DNA from: Candidatus Micrarchaeia archaeon | GTDB lineage: Archaea > Micrarchaeota > Micrarchaeia > Burarchaeales > JAVZCV01 | DNA length: 19,547 nucleotides | Direction: 5' to 3' | NCBI GenBank assembly: GCA_038874215.1 | Contig: JAVZCV010000023.1 | Coordinates: 1-19,547, forward strand | In this document: positions 16,414 to 19,547 of the stretch, piece after piece | Layout of the letters: each line of letters begins with the position of its first letter | Numbering within the stretch: position 1 is the stretch's first letter | Program-made: the position numbers and the translations under genes | The notes under the pieces: generated by a model | What the model was told of the DNA's origin: nothing | Databases searched by the model: none | The model's input: only the letters and a program-made list of their open reading frames with translations

Positions 16414-16659
16414 TTATATCCCAAGCGCCCTGTCTATGGCATCCTTGTTGAATCCCACTATTATTTTTCCGTTTATGTCTATTACAGGAACCCCTATCTG
16501 GCCCGATTTCTCAATCATTTCTTGCGCTTTGTTATCATCCTTGCTAACATCCACGTCCTCAAAAGGCACATCAAGGGCAGCAAGATACTTTTTAACCATT
16601 ATGCAATAGGGGCACGTGGGTGTTGAATAAACCACAACTCTGGGATTTTTTGAATCCAT
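16414..16659 (-). CDS. Glutaredoxin/NrdH-like redoxin
   Basis: VVVYSTPTCPYC, SGQIGVPVI, IIVGF. ATG 16659 follows GAGGTGG. Confidence 0.93.
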   Translation of the reverse strand: MDSKNPRVVVYSTPTCPYCIMVKKYLAALDVPFEDVDVSKDDNKAQEMIEKSGQIGVPVIDINGKIIVGFNKDAIDRALGI

Positions 16660-16684
16660 TTTTCCACCTCTTTTCATTTTTTGC

Positions 16685-18574
16685 CTACCTTAGCCGTATT
16701 GCATCCAAGTTCATCGGAGCGCGTGCCTCAACATGCAGCAGTCTGTTAAGAGTTTTGGAAAGGTCGTCGCATTTTGTTTCATCCCCGTGGCATGTGAATA
16801 TGCGCTCGGGTGCGGGCTTAACTTTTTTGGCGAAGTTTACCAGTTGTTTCCTATCGCTGTGCCCAGAGAAGCCATCAACAGTATCAACTGCCATGTTGAT
16901 TTTCAATGTTTTTAACTTTCCATCATCGCCGAGTATGGGCACCTCCTTTTCGCCTCTTTGTATTTTTCTACCGAGAGAAAGTGCAGACTGATAACCGACA
17001 AAAAGGAGCAGGTTCCTCTCATCTTCGGAAAGAGCTTTAAGATATTCAACAGAGGGGCCTCCTGAGAGCATACCCGACGGTGCAAGGATTACACATGGAT
17101 CGCCGTCAACTATCTCCTCTCTGTTTTTCTTAACTACTTCAAAAATCTCGGATTCAAAAGGGCTGTTGTTTGAGAGTATACGATGCTGAACGCTCTCGCG
17201 CAGATATTCGGGATATGCGGTGTGTATAGCAGAAGCCTCAAGCACCATGCCGTCTATATAAACAGGGTAGTTGAATTCATTGTTTTGCGCATATTCTTCA
17301 AGCACAAGCATTATCTCCTGAGACCTGCCCACTGCGAATACGGGGATTAGAACCTTGCCCTTATTTTCAAGGGTTTTCATTATGAGGCTTGTAAGCTTCT
17401 GCTCCGCTTCGTTGCGCTCGGGCATTATGTCGCTTCTACCACCGTATGTGCTTTCAATTATGAGTGTTTCAACGCGTGGAAAAGAAATGGTTGCGGGCTC
17501 AAAAAGTTTAGTGAAACCATATCTCATATCTCCTGTATAAACAAGATTATGAAGACCCTCGCCTATGTGGAGATGAACCATTGAGCTTCCTATTATGTGG
17601 CCCGCATTGTGGAACGTGAGTTTTATTTCGGAGCTTATGTCTGTTACTTCCTCGTATTTTCTGGTAATGCAGTGGTTTAGCATTTTTCGCACGTCTTTCT
17701 CTTCATAAGGTGGCGTATGTCCTGATTTTGCCATTATGCTCAAATAATCAAACTGCAACAGAACCATCATGTCTCTTGTTGGAAGCGTGCAGTAAACAGG
17801 CCCATCATACCCGTATGCAAAAAGGTATGGAACAAATCCCGAGTGGTCAAGGTGCGCATGCGTTACTATGACAGCATCAAGCTCGTCAAGAGCAAGGTTC
17901 ATGGCATTTAGATACGGGTAGCATTTTGATGGTTCTGTGGTTTCTGGGTTTATGCCGCAGTCTATTAGTATTTTATTGTTAGGAGTCTGTACAAGCATGC
18001 ACGTTCTGCCAACTTCCCTAAATCCACCAAGAGCAGTAAGCTTTACCCAGTCGCTCTTACCGAGCGGTTGCATTATCTTTTTACCGATTGTCGTGAGGAA
18101 CTTCTTTCGGTATGCTGCCTCTTTAAGCAAAGATGCCCTTACCCCTTTTATGGAATTTGACGGTATCGTGGGCGTTCTGAGAACTTTTGGCGTCCAACCT
18201 GTGGAGAGAACTATTGATTTTAGAGTTGCGCCGTTCTTACCTATCACCAACCCCGGCTTCAGCGCCTCTATTATGACTTCGCAGAACTCGGGTGAAAATT
18301 TAACCTCGGATATTCCAGCATCTGCAGGAACAAGTTCTTGGATTTTTTTAAGCGACTCTTCCTGAGGTGCAAGCACTGAGGGGTCGCTCCTGACCGATAT
18401 CTTCTTACGCAGAGCTCCTGCAACACGCTTTATCAGACTCTCATCTTCGTAAAATTCGCTTACATCTTTTAGGTATAACACTATGTCTGGACCTTCGTAT
18501 TCTATCTTCGTTATTTCGCATCCCGAAGGTAGTAAATCCTCTATTGCTTTTTTCGTTTCCTCGCTGTTGTTCAA
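16685..18574 (-). CDS. fttA: KH-domain beta-CASP ribonuclease aCPSF1 (transcription termination factor FttA)
   Basis: N-terminal KH region (KPGLVIGKNG), LGGFREVGR, THAHLDHSG, AGHIIGS, ESTYGG, GFSGHSD, HGD. Adjacent to psmB. Confidence 0.96.
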   Translation of the reverse strand: MNNSEETKKAIEDLLPSGCEITKIEYEGPDIVLYLKDVSEFYEDESLIKRVAGALRKKISVRSDPSVLAPQEESLKKIQELVPADAGISEVKFSPEFCEVIIEALKPGLVIGKNGATLKSIVLSTGWTPKVLRTPTIPSNSIKGVRASLLKEAAYRKKFLTTIGKKIMQPLGKSDWVKLTALGGFREVGRTCMLVQTPNNKILIDCGINPETTEPSKCYPYLNAMNLALDELDAVIVTHAHLDHSGFVPYLFAYGYDGPVYCTLPTRDMMVLLQFDYLSIMAKSGHTPPYEEKDVRKMLNHCITRKYEEVTDISSEIKLTFHNAGHIIGSSMVHLHIGEGLHNLVYTGDMRYGFTKLFEPATISFPRVETLIIESTYGGRSDIMPERNEAEQKLTSLIMKTLENKGKVLIPVFAVGRSQEIMLVLEEYAQNNEFNYPVYIDGMVLEASAIHTAYPEYLRESVQHRILSNNSPFESEIFEVVKKNREEIVDGDPCVILAPSGMLSGGPSVEYLKALSEDERNLLLFVGYQSALSLGRKIQRGEKEVPILGDDGKLKTLKINMAVDTVDGFSGHSDRKQLVNFAKKVKPAPERIFTCHGDETKCDDLSKTLNRLLHVEARAPMNLDAIRLR

Positions 18575-18594
18575 AAAAACGCCCTTTTTGGTAA

Positions 18595-19212
18595 CTATTT
18601 TTTAACCAATTTTTCTATCTCTTTATCAGCATATCTTTTGAAGCCTTCCTTTGTGATTATGACCAAATCCACGCCATCCCCAGTACCTACATCGCGCTTC
18701 ATCGCTATGCTCACTGCCTTTAGTGCGAGAGGTGCTGCTTCCTTTGTGGTGACGCCGTCCTTATAGGCGTCCTCAAGCAAACCGAAAGCGACGGGCGAAC
18801 CGCTTCCTGTTGAAACGAATTTTTCTTTTGTTACTCCGCCAACAGGGTCTAAGTTGTATATTTCCCCTTCCCCAGAATCATTCAACCCACCTATTAAGAG
18901 TTGAACGAGGAATGGAAAAAACTTGTATGCTGAAAGAATGTTTGATATGAGTGTAGTCGCAGCATATGGGGTCATATACTTGTCTGTTCTTAACTTGTAA
19001 AGCTGGGCTTCCGCAGAAAGCCATCTAACCAATGTCTGTGCGTCTCCAACGCTTCCTGCTGTTGTAATCGCCATTCTCTCATCTATCCTAAATATCTTTT
19101 CAACTTCCCTGTTGGCTATAAAATAGCCCATGACAGCACGCTTATCGGCTGCAAAAACTACGCCGTCAGAGCATACGATGCCCACCGTCGTTGTGCCTTT
19201 CATGTTTTCCAT
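18595..19212 (-). CDS. psmB: Proteasome subunit beta
   Basis: Short propeptide ending KG|TTTVG, AGSVGDAQ, TGSGS, RD..TGDG. Start is ATG 19212 or GTG 19215. Confidence 0.97.
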   Translation of the reverse strand: MENMKGTTTVGIVCSDGVVFAADKRAVMGYFIANREVEKIFRIDERMAITTAGSVGDAQTLVRWLSAEAQLYKLRTDKYMTPYAATTLISNILSAYKFFPFLVQLLIGGLNDSGEGEIYNLDPVGGVTKEKFVSTGSGSPVAFGLLEDAYKDGVTTKEAAPLALKAVSIAMKRDVGTGDGVDLVIITKEGFKRYADKEIEKLVKK

Positions 19213-19261
19213 CACTGACCACCTTAAGATGAAAAAAGCCGACTGGCCACACCAAACTATT

Positions 19262-19282
19262 GAAGCAATATATATTTAAGCG
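19262..19282 (-). promoter_or_regulatory. Candidate TATA box for the psmB-aCPSF1 transcription unit
   Basis: Minus strand CGCTTAAATATATATT about 55-70 nt upstream of the psmB start. Confidence 0.5.
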
Positions 19283-19547
19283 TTGCGATTCTGGCAGTTT
19301 TTACTTGACAATTTTTTAGCAAAAGACGAAAAAGGATTAAGAACAATAGAGGGTATAATTATTACAACCATTCTTCCTATCTCTACATCAGTAAAAATAT
19401 TGCAAAAATATTTTTTCGTAAATATAAATGCTGATTTTTCTTAATTCAACTATTAAATTTTATTTTTTTGTATGAATCTGCAATCTATTAAGTAATCTTT
19501 AATATTTTATTCGCATTTTATAGTACTGTGATTTTGTATGGATTCAG

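Noticed and set aside
2497..18365. Numerous antisense or alternate-frame ORFs (e.g. 3507-4136, 4316-4930, 9432-10043, 16208-16609, 17937-18365)
   Set aside because: Shadow ORFs overlapping well-supported genes, with no motifs of their own.
19300..19547. AT-rich right end as a CRISPR leader or origin
   Set aside because: Truncated by the window edge, with no repeats or ORB-like motifs visible.

Overview
Archaeal chromosomal window, identified by TFB, aCPSF1/FttA, proteasome beta, a single-TRAM protein, archaeal secF-secD order, and GGTG(A/G) ribosome-binding sites. A DPANN/Micrarchaeota-like origin is my impression only. Bases 1-1652 are the right-hand part of a CRISPR array: 25 identical 30-bp repeats (GTTTGAATAGGGCTATAGTAGGATTGAAAT) and 24 complete spacers of 34-40 nt. 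No cas genes are in the window. A long imperfect hairpin starts at the first base after the last repeat. The rest is mostly housekeeping: SAM methyltransferase, a 4xCBS + HPF-like probable ribosome hibernation factor, thiL, a membrane-anchored alpha/beta hydrolase, secD/secF, an EamA transporter, two orphan proteins, tfb, a GT4 glycosyltransferase, bacterial-type ribA-ribD, TRAM, and a psmB-aCPSF1-glutaredoxin-small Cys-rich membrane peptide cluster. The best leads are the trailer hairpin, two same-register homologous spacers that differ mainly at their 5' end, spacers antisense to translation starts, the CBS-HPF fusion, the Cys-rich peptide, and bacterial-type riboflavin genes. No complete new system can be proven from sequence alone.
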